Of a stretch of 64,000 nt of DNA, positions 7,103 through 15,775 are shown piece after piece. This DNA is from Saprospiraceae bacterium. Its GTDB lineage: Bacteria; Bacteroidota; Bacteroidia; Chitinophagales; Saprospiraceae. Made by a program: the position numbers and the translations under genes. Below the pieces are notes generated by a model that was not told the origin of the DNA, ran no database searches, and worked only from the letters and a program-made list of their open reading frames with translations. Position 1 is the first letter of the stretch, and every line of letters starts with the position of its first letter. The stretch is taken from assembly GCA_035299505.1 (NCBI GenBank), contig DATGWL010000042.1, forward strand, positions 791-64,790, written 5' to 3'.

Positions 7103-8521
7103 CTAGTCTTCGCGGCTGCCATCGTCGGCCATACGCACCATTTTGGGGGTGAATTGGGCTACGATGTCTACGAGGTTCGACTGGGCGGCCATGACCTGAT
7201 GGATGTCTTTGTAGGCCATCGGGGCTTCATCACGACCGCCACCGATAAGGCTTACGCCGAGGTCTTGCAGGATCTGGCTCATCTGTTGCTTGCTCACATT
7301 TTTGATGGCCTGGGTACGACTCATTTGTCGGCCGGCGCCGTGGGAGGCTGAGTGCAGGGCGGAGCTTTCTCCTTTACCGCGCACCAGGAATCCCGGAGCA
7401 GTCATGGAGCCCGGAATGATGCCCATGACACCTTTTCCGGCCGGTGTGGCGCCTTTTCGGTGCACAATCACTTCTTCGCCGTTGAGGGTTTCTTTCCAGG
7501 CAAAGTTGTGGTGGTTTTCTACCCGGGCCAGCACCGTTCCACCAATGGCTTTGGTAAGTTTTTGGTGGATCACTTCGTGACAGGCTGAGGCATAATCGCC
7601 GGCCAGGTTCATGGCCATCCAGTATTCCTGCCCGGCCTCGGTATTGAGGTCGAGATAGGCCAGATTGGCAGCATGCGGTGGCAATTTGCACAAATCCTTG
7701 GCCAATCGGGTGTAATACCCGGCCACCGTAGCGCCAAATCCGCGGGAACCGGAGTGCGTCAGCAAGGCCAGGTATCGGCCTTTTTGAATGCCCAGGGGTT
7801 CGTCGTTTTCCGCGAACTCGATGATGCCCCATTCCACAAAGTGGTTTCCACCGCCGGAGGAGCCCAGTTGGGTATAGGCTTTATCTTTCAGCGACTGGAT
7901 GAACGGGGTCATTCCGAACTCCGGCCGGTCGAGAATATCGTGTTGGGCGCGGTAAGTGCCCTGGAAACCGTTGCCGGCGCCAAAGGCGGTATGGGCAATG
8001 AGTTCGCGTTTATAGAAGGACTTGTTTTCGAAAAAATGGTCCTCCGGAATATCGAAAACCGACAAAGCCATTCGGCAACCAATGTCTACACCTACGCCGT
8101 AAGGAATCACGGCATTGCGTGTGGCCAGCACTCCGCCTATCGGCAGCCCGTAACCCTGATGCGCATCCGGCATCAGGGCCCCGGCCATCGTTACCGGGAG
8201 TTGCATGGCTATGTTCATTTGTTTCAAGGCGCCTTCTTCAATGCCGTCTTTTCCGTAAACGGCGTATTCGTCGGCGGTTTCTTTCAGTTCGATGGTGGCT
8301 TTAGCAGCCTCTATGGCGGCTTCCTCCAGAATCAGCGTGGCAAAATCTTCCAACGCAGGATCGTCGAGGTATAATTCCGGGTTTTTGCGGACTTTATGGA
8401 GCAGGGTAAGGGTATCCTGTTTTTTATTTTCAGCAAAAATGCCATTCGCCAGTTGAAGCGCAGCACCCAGAATTTTTCCTTCAGAGAATCCCAGAAACAG
8501 GAGGTCTTTTCCTTTTATCAT
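7103..8521 (-). CDS. rtcB: RNA-splicing/repair ligase RtcB, copy 1, with an N-terminal extension of about 70 aa
   Basis: 472 aa. RtcB motifs: ALMPDAHQGYGLPIGGV, GGGNHFVEWG, THSGSRGFG, ENHHNFAW, VHRKGATPA, SASHGAGRQMSR. Confidence 0.95.
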   Translation of the reverse strand: MIKGKDLLFLGFSEGKILGAALQLANGIFAENKKQDTLTLLHKVRKNPELYLDDPALEDFATLILEEAAIEAAKATIELKETADEYAVYGKDGIEEGALKQMNIAMQLPVTMAGALMPDAHQGYGLPIGGVLATRNAVIPYGVGVDIGCRMALSVFDIPEDHFFENKSFYKRELIAHTAFGAGNGFQGTYRAQHDILDRPEFGMTPFIQSLKDKAYTQLGSSGGGNHFVEWGIIEFAENDEPLGIQKGRYLALLTHSGSRGFGATVAGYYTRLAKDLCKLPPHAANLAYLDLNTEAGQEYWMAMNLAGDYASACHEVIHQKLTKAIGGTVLARVENHHNFAWKETLNGEEVIVHRKGATPAGKGVMGIIPGSMTAPGFLVRGKGESSALHSASHGAGRQMSRTQAIKNVSKQQMSQILQDLGVSLIGGGRDEAPMAYKDIHQVMAAQSNLVDIVAQFTPKMVRMADDGSRED

Positions 8522-8733
8522 GACTTGTAATGTTTTGTTGTATTGGATGATGCAAAGGTGAATGTGCCACTGCGCAATATATTTGCGTAGTAAAATTTTG
8601 AATAAAAATTCTTTTACGTTTTTGATTTAAATATTTGATTATCAATATTTTATTCGTAAATATTTTTTTTGAAAAATATTGACTGATTTGCTATTGCGCA
8701 AATAGATTGCGTACTTGTTTTGGAACGTTGTTA
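8522..8733. promoter_or_regulatory. AT-rich divergent promoter region between rtcB-1 and the WYL regulator, with four TTGCG(C/T)A-type boxes
   Basis: Imperfect inverted repeat GCGCAA-N5-TTGCGT at 8572-8588. Perfect 8-bp palindrome TTGCGCAA at 8694-8701. ATTGCGTA at 8706-8713. The surrounding sequence is strongly AT-rich, unlike the rest of the window. Confidence 0.45.
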
Positions 8734-8913
8734 TTTCGCACAGATTTTACACAGATTAGGGGCACAGATTTTACAACCCCCAACCCCCAAGAGGGCTTGC
8801 CAACTCAAACACTCAAAAACTCCCACACTCATCATCTGCCCAGATTTTTGGGCTACCCAACTCAACGCCAACTCGAAAACTCAAACACTCGAAAACTCAA
8901 ACACTCGAAAAAC
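8734..8913. repeat. Composite inverted repeat, left copy (CACAGATTTTA words plus C/A-rich AAACACTC words), 5' of the WYL gene
   Basis: 8734-8775 is the exact reverse complement of 10009-10050 (42/42). 8797-8913 carries ccaactcaaacactcaaaaactc...aaactcaaacactcgaaaaac, which mirrors the GAGTGTTT array at 9928-9985. Confidence 0.9.
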
Positions 8914-9927
8914 GTGGCTCTCAACAAACTCGCCCTTATCCGCTATAAAACCATTGATACCTGCCTGCGCAACCGGGCCAGGAAATGGACCCTCGAAAAC
9001 CTGATTGATAAGGTTTCGGAGGTGCTGTATGAATACGAAGGTATACGGGATGGTGTGAGTAAGCGCACCATACAACTGGATTTGCAAACCATGCGAAGCG
9101 AGAAGTTGTATAATGCTCCTATTGTTGTAACCGACCGAAAATATTACACCTACTCCGATCCAAAATTCAGCATCACGCAATCCAAACTAACGCCCTCAGA
9201 CCTTGAGAAAATGAACGAGGTGGTGGGCATATTGAAACACCTCAACGGATTCAATCACTTCGGAGAAATGAGTGAAATGATTGCCCGACTGGAAAATGAC
9301 CTGCAGCGGGCCAAACCGGAGGGACGCAATGTGATACAGTTTGAATCCAACCCCCTGTTGCGTGGCCTGAACTGGATTGACCCACTTTATCGGGCTACGG
9401 CTGCGCGCACCACCTTGCAGATTGAATACCAGTCGTTCCGTTCCAGAGAGGTAAAACCCGGTATTTATTATCCATACCTGCTCAAGGAATTCCGCAACCG
9501 CTGGTTTATAATCGTGCGCAATAAATACAAAAAACAACTCCTCACCCTGGCGCTGGACCGAATAGAAGGGGTGCAGGAACTGCCGCACGAACCATTTTAC
9601 GACTATCCGGAGGTAGACTTCGACCATTACTTCGACAATGCCATTGGCGTTACCAAATCCGAGCACGACAAACCCACTCGGGTGGTGCTGGAGGTGAGTC
9701 CGAAAATGAAACCTTACGTACTTACCAAACCCCTGCACCCCACACAGGAAGTATTGAAGGAAGAAGAAGGCCGCATCATTATTCAGATTTTCGTGGTACT
9801 CAATTTTGAACTACAGCGCGAGATTCTTGGATTTGGTTCCGGAATGAAAGTACTTAGCCCCCGGATTTTAGTCAAATGGATCAAAGAAGATTTGGAAAAG
9901 ACGATTGCCGGGTATACGAGTGTTTGA
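8914..9927 (+). CDS. HTH-WYL-WCX family transcriptional regulator (YafY/PafBC/BrxR-like)
   Basis: Track ORF 8707..9927 starts at a TTG and its first 69 codons translate repeats. I propose the in-frame GTG at 8914 (ALNKLALIRYKTIDTCLRNRARKWTLENLI, a typical N-terminal HTH for Bacteroidota WYL regulators). WYL-like core: YYPYLLKEFRNRWFIIVRNKYKKQLLTLALDRI. C-terminal WCX-like segment: VVLEVSPKMKPYVLTKPLHPTQE. The start codon is uncertain. Confidence 0.78.
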   Translation: MALNKLALIRYKTIDTCLRNRARKWTLENLIDKVSEVLYEYEGIRDGVSKRTIQLDLQTMRSEKLYNAPIVVTDRKYYTYSDPKFSITQSKLTPSDLEKMNEVVGILKHLNGFNHFGEMSEMIARLENDLQRAKPEGRNVIQFESNPLLRGLNWIDPLYRATAARTTLQIEYQSFRSREVKPGIYYPYLLKEFRNRWFIIVRNKYKKQLLTLALDRIEGVQELPHEPFYDYPEVDFDHYFDNAIGVTKSEHDKPTRVVLEVSPKMKPYVLTKPLHPTQEVLKEEEGRIIIQIFVVLNFELQREILGFGSGMKVLSPRILVKWIKEDLEKTIAGYTSV

Positions 9928-10100
9928 GTGTGGGAGTGTTTGAGTGTTTGAGTGTTTGAGTGTTTGAGTGTTTGAGTTGGCGTTCGGCTGGGTGGACGAA
10001 AGAATCTGTGTAAAATCTGTGCCCCTAATCTGTGTAAAATCTGTGCGAAACTTATCTGTGCGAAACCAATCCGTGCGAATCCAATCCGTGCAAATCCATA
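9928..10100. repeat. Composite inverted repeat, right copy ((GAGTGTTT)x5 plus TAAAATCTGTG words), 3' of the WYL gene
   Basis: The array gagtgtgggagtgtttgagtgtttgagtgtttgagtgtttgagtgtttgagttggcgttcggctgg is followed by the 42-bp perfect mirror (10009-10050) of 8734-8775. Degenerate ATCCGTGCGAA words then run up to the next start codon. Confidence 0.9.
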
Positions 10101-10104
10101 AACC

Positions 10105-11226
10105 ATGCTTATTCACCTGAACAATGCCGGCGCCAGTTTACCCGCTCCAGGGGTGGTGGATGCCATGACACATTACCTGCAACTGGAAGCCGACATGGGC
10201 GGCTACGAAGCCTTTGATGCCCACCAGGCAAATGTGCTGGGCTTTTACGATTCGGTAGCGCGTTTGCTGCATGCAGCACCGCACAACATCGCCTGGGCGG
10301 TGAGCGCTACCGATGCCTATGCGCGTGCACTGAGCGCCATTCCCTGGCAGCCCGGCGATGTAATTCTGACAACCGAAAACGATTATTCCTCCAACCAGAT
10401 TGCTTTTCTGAGCCTCTGCCAAAAACGCGGCGTGCAACTCGTTCGCGCCGCCGATCTGCCTTCCGGCGGGGTAGACCCGGAAGATTTTGAACGGCTGCTG
10501 AAAAAATACCGCCCCAAACTGGCCGCTGTAACGCATGTGCCCACCAACAGCGGACTGGTGCAACCCGTTGCCGAGATCGGCCGGATGTGTAATGAGCAAG
10601 GCGTTTGGTACCTGGTGGATGCCTGCCAGTCGGCCGGACAAATGCCGCTGGATGTGACCAAAATTGGCTGCGATTTTCTTACGGCTACCCTGCGGAAATA
10701 CCTGCGTGGGCCACGCGGCGCTGGTTTTTTATACGTTTCAGACCGGATGCTGGAGTCGGGACTGGAACTCCTTTTGCCAGACATGCGCGCGGCCGACTGG
10801 ACTGGCGCCAACGAATACCGAACCCAGCCTACGGCCAGGCGTTTTGAATACTGGGAAATAGCCTATGCACTGATGCTGGGCAGCAAAGTGGCCGTGGATT
10901 ATGCCCTGCAAAAGGGTCTGGAAAACATTCATCAGCGGGTAAACCAACTGGCCGGATACACTCGTGGCCGCCTGGCCGAATTGCCCGGAGTGGATGTACT
11001 GGATCAGGGTGCGGAACTATGTGGCATTGTAACGGCCCATGCCCCACACTGGGAGCCACAAGACCTGATGGAGCGGCTGCATGCTCAGGGCATCAACGCC
11101 CGTATTTCTACCCGGGTTGCTGCGCAGATAGATTTTAGTCGCAAAGGAGTAGACTGGGCATTGCGGGTTTCGCCGCATTATTTCAACACAGAGGAAGAGG
11201 TGGAGCGGCTGGTTGGCTGCGTTTGA
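10105..11226 (+). CDS. Class-V aminotransferase / cysteine-desulfurase-like PLP enzyme
   Basis: LNNAGASLPAPGVVDAM, THVPTNSGLVQPV, DACQSAGQMPLDV, TATLRKYLRGPRGAGFLYV (PLP-lysine context). Confidence 0.85.
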   Translation: MLIHLNNAGASLPAPGVVDAMTHYLQLEADMGGYEAFDAHQANVLGFYDSVARLLHAAPHNIAWAVSATDAYARALSAIPWQPGDVILTTENDYSSNQIAFLSLCQKRGVQLVRAADLPSGGVDPEDFERLLKKYRPKLAAVTHVPTNSGLVQPVAEIGRMCNEQGVWYLVDACQSAGQMPLDVTKIGCDFLTATLRKYLRGPRGAGFLYVSDRMLESGLELLLPDMRAADWTGANEYRTQPTARRFEYWEIAYALMLGSKVAVDYALQKGLENIHQRVNQLAGYTRGRLAELPGVDVLDQGAELCGIVTAHAPHWEPQDLMERLHAQGINARISTRVAAQIDFSRKGVDWALRVSPHYFNTEEEVERLVGCV

Positions 11227-11558
11227 CGGTGTACTGGTCTGCAAGTTCACTTATCATTTCTTTTAGCAGGGCTGTCAGCCCAAATGTCACACTTGCCCGA
11301 ATCCGGATTCGGTTGAGGGGTGGTTTCCCCATATTTGTACCATACGAAAGCGACCAACTTTGAAAACAATCTTTTTATGTACCCAAAAACGATGAGGACG
11401 CTCAGAATACGCTTTTGAAGCAGACAGACTATATTTAAGTGTGGTAAATTAAACCTCAAAGAACCTCCAAATAACCGAATGTTACCCTGTTATACCCTTA
11501 GTAATTAACCTTATTAGCATCCAAATAAATATCTTAAACCAAAACTACTTCCTTTTAG

Positions 11559-11596
11559 GCTGGCCTGGTATCTTTACCAGGCCAGCTTTAGGTTTG
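11559..11596 (+). terminator. Strong 12-bp hairpin plus a T-rich tail, 30 nt upstream of the LytTR regulator gene
   Basis: gctggcctggta (11559-11570), loop tctt, taccaggccagc (11575-11586), then tttaggtttg. No annotated gene ends nearby on the plus strand. Confidence 0.4.
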
Positions 11597-11627
11597 TGCC
11601 CGATTAATCCAAACAATCTTGAAGTAA

Positions 11628-12380
11628 ATGAAAAAAATTTCTGCTTTGATTGTCGACGACGAGATTAGTGCCATCAACACGCTTTCGGGTATGTTGCAGG
11701 AATTTTGTCCGTATATTCAGGTAGTAGGCACGGCCTCCAATGAAGCTGCAGCGCTCAGCGGCATCAATCAGTACAAGCCGGAAATTGTTTTCCTGGATAT
11801 TGAAATGCCCCCCTTTTCCAACGGTATTGACATGATCAGCCGGCTGCCGGAGCGCTCCTTTCAAACCATCGTTACCACCGCATATCCTCAATACGCTGTT
11901 CAAAGTGTAAATGCCATTCAGCCGGCCGGGTATCTGATCAAACCTTACTCCGTAGATCAACTGGTGGCGGTATTAAAAAGTACCCTGAACGCCATTAGCG
12001 GACCCAAACCGGAAAAAAAAACCACGGAAAAAACCGGTTTTATCATTTCCGACCGCAAACGCGGGCATGTGGTGATCAAATACGCAGATGTTCTGTATTG
12101 TAAGGCCGAAGATGCCTGTGTATCCATTGTTTACCTGGAAAACAATAAAGAACAAAAGATCGTCACCTATAAGAGTCTGAAAGAGATAGAAGACGATTTC
12201 CCGGATCAGTTCCTGCGAATCCACCACAATACCATTGTGAACATGGATAAAATTTCCCGGTACATCAATATTGGTCGGGCCGGAAAGCTATATTTGTGCA
12301 CACATTCCACCCTGGATATTTCAGTATCCAAAATGCCACAGTTTCAAGCCCGTTTTGATGCTTTTATCAAGGGAGAATAG
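11628..12380 (+). CDS. LytTR-family two-component response regulator
   Basis: Receiver domain (LIVDDE...IVFLDIEMP) plus LytTR DNA-binding domain (VLYCKAEDACVSIVYLENNKEQ...FLRIHHNTIVNMDKI). Confidence 0.9.
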   Translation: MKKISALIVDDEISAINTLSGMLQEFCPYIQVVGTASNEAAALSGINQYKPEIVFLDIEMPPFSNGIDMISRLPERSFQTIVTTAYPQYAVQSVNAIQPAGYLIKPYSVDQLVAVLKSTLNAISGPKPEKKTTEKTGFIISDRKRGHVVIKYADVLYCKAEDACVSIVYLENNKEQKIVTYKSLKEIEDDFPDQFLRIHHNTIVNMDKISRYINIGRAGKLYLCTHSTLDISVSKMPQFQARFDAFIKGE

Positions 12381-12393
12381 GTGCTTGCTAACC

Positions 12394-15351
12394 ATGATTT
12401 TACGTACTTTTTTGGTTGTGTTATGCCTGCTGCAAGGGTCATTTGGCTATGCTCAGGATCCGGTATATACGCATTACGACGTGTCGGCCGGATTGCCGGG
12501 TAATATTGTGTATTGTGCAGCACAGGACGAAAATGGATTGATGTGGTTTGGCACGGACAAAGGTTTGACATGTTTTGACGGGGTGAGGTTTCATAACTAC
12601 GGGGTGGCAGAGGGGCTGCCCGACCCGGAAGTATTAAACCTGAAAACAGATTCGAAGGGTCGGTTGTGGATTTCCTGTTTTAAACGAAAGCCTTGTTATC
12701 GTTATCAGGGGAAATTTCATACAGAATTCAACGACTCGCTGATCAACAGCATCAACCTGAAGTCGGCCATGATCGATTTTTTTGAAGAAGAAGGGAAAGG
12801 GGTATGGATGATTGGCTATTCAGAAAAGGTTGTTTTCTGGGACGATACACGGGGTTCCGCCCAGCTTCATGAATGGTTTCCCAAGGTAGGCGCTATTCAG
12901 GGGCTTGGGCGCATAGACGGACAACTGCTTGGGGTAGAACAGGGGCGTATTACGTTGTTGAATGATACAAAAAATACTCTCCATATACCTTTCGGTTCCA
13001 AAATTCTGACCCAAAAGCTGGAGGACTGTATGATTGAAGGCAGAATGATTATAGTTTCTATAGAAGATTATACAGAAATATTTTCGTATCAGGAGGGAAA
13101 TCTGAAGGCATTGAATAAAATAAAGGGCTGGGGAGGACGGCTATATTTGGATAAAAACAGTAATTTGTGGATTAGCTCCAATCGTTTTGGCTGTGTCAGA
13201 TTTGACCAGTTTCTGGAACCGAAAGGCAAGCAGACCGTGTATTTGCCTGACAAAAAAATCAATCAGTTTTTTGAAGATCGTAGTGGTGGTAAGTGGTTTC
13301 TTACATCCGGTGAGGGCATTTATTACCTGCCGGTTTTTCACGCCACGCAGTTCAACACCTCGAATGGTACCATCAGCAACAATATTACCAGCCTGAGCTA
13401 CGATGAGCGCGGGATTTGGTTTGGCGATGATGAATCCAATATTTACAATGCCAGCAATGGTAAAATGCAACTTTGGAGCAGTATTTCTACTCCGGGCTTG
13501 AACAGGATTCGGGGCATTGCCGGTATGAATGAAACCAATGTAGTAGCGAGTGACAGGGGAGGTTTTTGGGTAACCAAAACCAATGCCACCTACATACCCA
13601 CCTCTGCTGCCGCCAAATATGTATTGCCTCTATGGGCTGGCCAGTATTGCGTGGGATCTTCCAGTAAGGTCATGAGCGTTTCCCTGCAAACCGGCTCGAG
13701 CTCAACCATCTATCCCTGGCGCACCACCGCCGCTACCCTGGATATAGAAGGAAGGCTTTGGCTGGGCGCCATTGACGGCATGTACTCGGTGTCGGATTCT
13801 TTTTCCAGAAACTGGGCAGAGACCTTCCCGGAGCTAAAGTCGCGGATAGTGGCTATGGCTAATGCGCGAACAAGAGGCATATGGGTAGCTACCTCCACCG
13901 ATGGCTTGTTTTTATTGACTTTGAATAAAGAAGGTATAGAAAAAATAACCAAAATCAACAATTTGCTTTTTGCACCGGTTAATAATATCCAATCATTGTT
14001 TGTAGACAATTCGGAACGGGTTTGGATGGCCACTAACAATGGTGTTTATTGTTTAGACAAACAATTCAAGATTACCAGCTACAACCGAAACAATGGCATT
14101 TCGGCCAACGACGTAAATGCGGTTATTATGGTTAAGGATACCCTGTGGGCAGCCACCGTTGCGGGGTTAACCAAGCTACCCATTAAAGGGGCGATTGACC
14201 AGCCGGACTTTCCATCACTTATCAGCGAATGCCATTATAAAATCCGCAATACGGATGTAAAAATGAACCTGCTGGACTCGGTATCCGGTCATCCGCAAAT
14301 TGTACTGGATCCGGAGTGTTCGCTTATAGAAGTGGGCTTTGGTGGAATAGATTATAACAGTGCGAAAAACCTGCGTTTCCTGTGCCTGGTTGAAAAATGT
14401 ATGTTGCCTTTGCCCTGGCTTACTTTTGATAATCTTATTTCCCAGATTCGGGATCGGTTTGAGGAGAAAACAGATAGTATACAGAGTGAAGCAGCGGGCT
14501 TGAATTTTGGTGTTAATTTGCCTGCAGGCAGGTATAAAGTCACCGTTTTTGCTGTGAATGCAGCAGGAAAGATGAGCACCCAGCCCGATTGGGTCACCAT
14601 TACCAAAATACCCTATTGGTACCAAACCTTGTGGGTGCACCTCTGCATCTGGGTCTTAGTGATGTTTATGCTCTATCGTTTTTCCAGAGTATTTGGTGAA
14701 AACCGCCGATTGATGATGCGTGTTTCGGAGTTGCGGCTTCAGGCAATCAAGCTGCAGATTAATCCGCATTTTATTGGCAACAGCATCAATGCCATTCAGC
14801 AGTTCTTTTTCCCACCGGATTTCAGAAAAGCCAACGCTTATATCGAAATTTTTACCCGTCTGTTGCGCACCACCATGGAGCATGCGGAGGAGACTTTTTA
14901 TCCTATAGAACAGGAGATAACTTATCTGGACGATTATCTGAAGATGACCCACTTACGCTTTGGCGATAAATTTTCTTATGAAATTGATATAGATCCGGAA
15001 TTGTCGCGCAGTATTCCTTTCCCGGTAATGCTGCTCCAACCATTGGTGGAAAACGCCACCATTCACGGACTCGCTTCCGGTAAACCCTCGTTTCTGAGCG
15101 TCCATTTTTCCCGTCAGCAAGATCGGGTAGTATGTACCATTCTGGATAATGGTCCGGGCCTGAATAAAACCCGGGAAATCAATGCCGGCAAAAAAGGACA
15201 CACATCCAAGGGGCTGGCGCTTACCTATAATAAAATTGATGCCCTCAACGAACTGCATCACATCCAGGCCCGGCTGGAACTCACGGATGTTACGGAGTCC
15301 AGCCAGGGAAAACATGGCACCTGTGCTGTCTTTAGTTACCAACCTAAGTGA
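12394..15351 (+). CDS. Sensor histidine kinase with a periplasmic beta-propeller/Y_Y_Y-type region and a LytS/YehU-type kinase core
   Basis: Track ORF 12271..15351, trimmed to ATG 12394 (MILRTFLVVLCLLQGSFGYAQ signal). Repeated GLxxNxVxxxxxDxxGxxWxGT propeller motifs. One TM segment (YWYQTLWVHLCIWVLVMFMLY). LQINPHFIGNSINAIQ, LLQPLVENATIHG, ILDNGPGL. Confidence 0.85.
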   Translation: MILRTFLVVLCLLQGSFGYAQDPVYTHYDVSAGLPGNIVYCAAQDENGLMWFGTDKGLTCFDGVRFHNYGVAEGLPDPEVLNLKTDSKGRLWISCFKRKPCYRYQGKFHTEFNDSLINSINLKSAMIDFFEEEGKGVWMIGYSEKVVFWDDTRGSAQLHEWFPKVGAIQGLGRIDGQLLGVEQGRITLLNDTKNTLHIPFGSKILTQKLEDCMIEGRMIIVSIEDYTEIFSYQEGNLKALNKIKGWGGRLYLDKNSNLWISSNRFGCVRFDQFLEPKGKQTVYLPDKKINQFFEDRSGGKWFLTSGEGIYYLPVFHATQFNTSNGTISNNITSLSYDERGIWFGDDESNIYNASNGKMQLWSSISTPGLNRIRGIAGMNETNVVASDRGGFWVTKTNATYIPTSAAAKYVLPLWAGQYCVGSSSKVMSVSLQTGSSSTIYPWRTTAATLDIEGRLWLGAIDGMYSVSDSFSRNWAETFPELKSRIVAMANARTRGIWVATSTDGLFLLTLNKEGIEKITKINNLLFAPVNNIQSLFVDNSERVWMATNNGVYCLDKQFKITSYNRNNGISANDVNAVIMVKDTLWAATVAGLTKLPIKGAIDQPDFPSLISECHYKIRNTDVKMNLLDSVSGHPQIVLDPECSLIEVGFGGIDYNSAKNLRFLCLVEKCMLPLPWLTFDNLISQIRDRFEEKTDSIQSEAAGLNFGVNLPAGRYKVTVFAVNAAGKMSTQPDWVTITKIPYWYQTLWVHLCIWVLVMFMLYRFSRVFGENRRLMMRVSELRLQAIKLQINPHFIGNSINAIQQFFFPPDFRKANAYIEIFTRLLRTTMEHAEETFYPIEQEITYLDDYLKMTHLRFGDKFSYEIDIDPELSRSIPFPVMLLQPLVENATIHGLASGKPSFLSVHFSRQQDRVVCTILDNGPGLNKTREINAGKKGHTSKGLALTYNKIDALNELHHIQARLELTDVTESSQGKHGTCAVFSYQPK

Positions 15352-15552
15352 GTTTCTGAGTGTGGGAGTGTGGGAGTGTTTGAGTTGGCGTTCGGCTGGG
15401 GGTTAGATTTGAATTTAAGGAATTTCACCACTAAGGCACTAAGAAGGGAGGATATCTTAGTGCCCTCAGTGCCTTAGTGGTAACCCCCAGCCGCCCCCCA
15501 ACTCAAACACTCCCGCACTCAAACACTCATAAACTCAAACACTCAAAAACTC
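15349..15552. repeat. Full-length word-repeat palindrome (GAGTGTTT arm, CCACTAAGGCACTAAG core hairpin, AAACACTC arm)
   Basis: The left arm is gagtgtgggagtgtgggagtgtttgagttggcgttcggctggggg. The core is ccactaaggcactaag...cttagtgccctcagtgccttagtgg. The right arm is cccccagccgccccccaactcaaacactcccgcactcaaacactc... The element starts inside the kinase stop codon. Confidence 0.9.
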
Positions 15553-15775
15553 TCCACCATCGTTCCCTCAGTCAATGGCTTCGTTCATCCTGAGTAGCTG
15601 GTTGGCTAATATCCCGGAACATACCTTCGTGCCGCCCTCCTGAATCCGCCCCGGATTAACCTGCCCCAATCATCCTGCAGCCTTTGCTATGCCTGCCCTC
15701 GTGGTATGCCTCGGGCGCCTGCGCACCCACGGGGGAAGGCCATCCTATTCATTCACCGATTTATTCCATTCTATC

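Noticed and set aside
8734-10050. Transposon or IS element carrying the WYL gene
   Set aside because: Inverted repeats are present, but there is no transposase or integrase and no obvious target-site duplication. The repeats belong to word-repeat families found at many other intergenic sites. I keep this only as one hypothesis in the findings.
11247-11459. 70-aa minus-strand ORF in the AT-rich gap
   Set aside because: It has no motif or signal, atypical composition and no partner genes. I treat it as non-coding pending evidence.
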